Shown here one piece after another: positions 62,131-64,000 of a stretch of DNA of 64,000 bases; positions within the stretch are counted from its first letter, which is position 1; each line of letters starts with the position of its first letter. This stretch comes from Naegleria gruberi (taxonomy: Eukaryota). Under the pieces are notes generated by a model that was given only the letters and a program-made list of their open reading frames with translations, had not been told where the DNA came from and searched no databases. Location: NCBI GenBank assembly GCA_000004985.1, contig GG738851.1. One strand, given 5' to 3'. The translations under genes were made by a program, and so were the position numbers.

Positions 62131-64000
62131 TTGGAAAATGGCCGAAACGTGATTAAAGGTCAATATGAGAAAAAAATGAAACAGCTTCAGAGGAAATACA
62201 TTGCTCACCAAGTGCTTATTCTATTGTTTGTCTTTTTAGCATTGTTTTCAAAAAGAACAATGTGTAACAAAGCTCTTGGGATCTCAACAATTGTTGTGGG
62301 AAACTTGACTAATCCGTTTGGCCTCTCCATAACCAATCAATCACTACTAGTGGCCAATACCATTGGTCAGACAATCCTCTATGTAGATTTGAATAATTAC
62401 TTTAATTATAGTGTCATTGTGGGTGTGAAAGATGTTGCTGGATTTAACGGAGATGGTCAATTGACATATTTAAATATTACACTTGCCAATCCACAAAAAG
62501 CTTTTAAATATAATTCATTGATTTATGTGGCCGACACTTGGAATCAGAGAATTAGAGTTATTGATGGGAATTTTATGTATACTTTAATTGGTGATGGTGA
62601 ATGTGGTGATTCCAAGAATGGAAATGATTTAAAATCTTTTCAATTATGTAATCCAACGGATATATTCGTATTGGATGATATAATTTATATATGTGATTCT
62701 AATAATCATAAAATAAGAAAGATACAAAATGGAACTGTTGAAACCATATGTGGAAATGGTGACAATGGATTTAATGGAGATGATATCAAGGCAGTTGACG
62801 CAAGTTTGAATGAGCCTCAATCTATATACGTTACCAGAAACACTAAAGGAACAGACCATATATTATATATAGCCGATACAAGCAATCATCGAATTAGGAA
62901 AGTGGAAAACGGAATTATTTCAACTATTTGTGGAAATGGTGAAAGTAAATATAATGGGGATTTGATTCCTGCTAAAGAAGCTTCTCTAAACAATCCAAAA
63001 TCTGTATTGGTAACATCTGTTGGTGAGGTTTATTTCAGATTTTTCAAATAATAGAATTAGAAAAATTTTGACAAATCAAACAATAATGACAGTAACAGAT
63101 TTAATAGATTCTCCAACAGGAATGAGTTTGGATGAAAAGAATAGCACTTTATATGTTTCTGAATTTCTTAAAGGTCAAGTGAAAAAGATTAGTTTTCAAT
63201 GTTCATATGGATATAAGATAGATTCGTATTTCAATTGTGAACCATTCTGCGAAAATGAATGTAAACATGATGGAATATGTATTGCACCAAACAAATGTGA
63301 TTGCTACTCTAAATATGATGGAGATTATTGTCAATATCCTATTTGCTATGGAATTCCAAGTAATATTAATTCCACATGTTCCAAAAATGGGGAATGTCAA
63401 GATTTTAACAAATGCCAATGTTATGATGGATATTTTGGAGATGATTGTACAGGAATACTTTGCTTTGGAAAGAACACAACAGATGCAACTGTTTGTTCTG
63501 GGCATGGTAAATGCATTGCCAAGAATCAGTGTTCCTGTACAGATGACATGTTTGGAGGATTGGAGTGTCAATATCCTAAATGCAGGGGAATAGAATCTGA
63601 TAAGAAAGAAGTATGCTCATCACATGGTAAATGTGAAGCTCCAAATACGTGTTCATGCTTTGAAAACTATGTTGGAGAGGACTGCCAGTTTATTTCTTGC
63701 TTTGGAAAATATTCGAATGATTCTAATGTGTGCTTTGGAAATGGCAATTGTTCTTCACCAGATTTTTGCGCGTGTAGAAAAGGTTATACAGGAACTGAGT
63801 GTGAATATACTACTTGCTTTTGGAAAGTTTCAAACGATTCCTCTGTTTGTTCAGGACATGGCAAGTGTGTGAAACCTGACACTTGTGAATGTTCCAATCA
63901 TGATCAGTTTACCGGTATTCAATGTGAAATACCAATCTGTTATGGTGTTCCAGCAAATAATAACAGTGTTTGCTCTTCACAAGGTACTTGTATTGATGTA
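62131..64000 (+). CDS. NHL-repeat + tenascin-type EGF-repeat extracellular protein, 3'-incomplete at window end, with an apparent +1 frame break near 63034
   Basis: Signal/anchor LILLFVFLALF. NHL-like blades (IYVADTWNQRIRVIDG, IYICDSNNHKIRKIQNG, LYIADTSNHRIRKVENG). After the listed stop at 63049-63051 the next blade (SDFSNNRIRKILT...LYVSEF) continues in frame +1 starting at 63050. At least nine CxxxxxGxCxxxxxCxCxxGYxGxxC EGF repeats follow to the window end. Confidence 0.5.

Noticed and set aside
1-64000. Reading the window as a prokaryotic gene array with operons
   Set aside because: Conserved proteins are split by GT..AG introns (TGT, SDA1, amine oxidase, vWA, GTPase). The tRNAs carry 37/38 introns and Pol III T-run terminators. 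5S genes are solitary and there are no SD-like spacing patterns. Many listed ORF 'starts' are TTG/GTG with a nearby in-frame ATG.

Overview
This window is nuclear DNA from a very AT-rich eukaryote (roughly 70% AT; about 90% AT between genes). It is not prokaryotic or organellar. Evidence: standard genetic code (ORFs end in TAA/TAG/TGA), many short GT..AG spliceosomal introns of 38-180 nt (most 42-55 nt) that cleanly restore conserved protein frames, intron-containing tRNA genes with Pol III T-run terminators, and three dispersed 5S rRNA genes. Genes are packed roughly one per 1.3-1.5 kb on both strands, often with under 100 bp between neighbours. Recognisable housekeeping genes are a PIF1-family helicase, Pin1-type PPIase, catalytic queuine tRNA-ribosyltransferase, ribosomal protein eL22, SDA1, proteasome chaperone PSMG2, complex-I subunits NDUFB3 and NDUFA5, the complex-I assembly methyltransferase NDUFAF7 (MidA), a flavin amine oxidase, a 2OG-Fe(II) oxygenase, a histidine acid phosphatase, a longin R-SNARE and a small GTPase. 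Lineage-specific content includes two DUF4116-like repeat proteins (one fused to a kinase-like domain), tandem small Cys-rich GPI-anchor-like proteins that resemble ponticulin, a Fsl-like Cys-rich ectodomain + 7TM protein, a PT-repeat mucin-like protein, NHL + tenascin-type EGF repeats, and two convergent secreted paralogs with a MACPF-like signature. Together these point to a dictyostelid-like amoebozoan, but that is inference only. The most unusual structure is a Pol III cluster: tRNA-Leu sits next to 5S copy 1 (+), and 5S copy 2 (-) lies 5.4 kb away in inverted orientation. The interval between the 5S pair holds only orphan genes, including a GIY-YIG-like gene, its decayed duplicate and a secreted poly-basic repeat protein. 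A third 5S copy near 52.5 kb shares a 51-bp upstream element with copy 1. Other points worth a second look are a PIF1-WWE fusion, an N-terminally MGxC-acylated small GTPase rebuilt from 4 exons, a histidine acid phosphatase with RHCDR in place of RHGxR, an apparent +1 frameshift in the NHL/EGF gene, a 526-bp inverted-repeat element between the tandem paralogs, and a GC-rich island between convergent genes. Several gene models rest on my manual splice reconstruction and are flagged as such.
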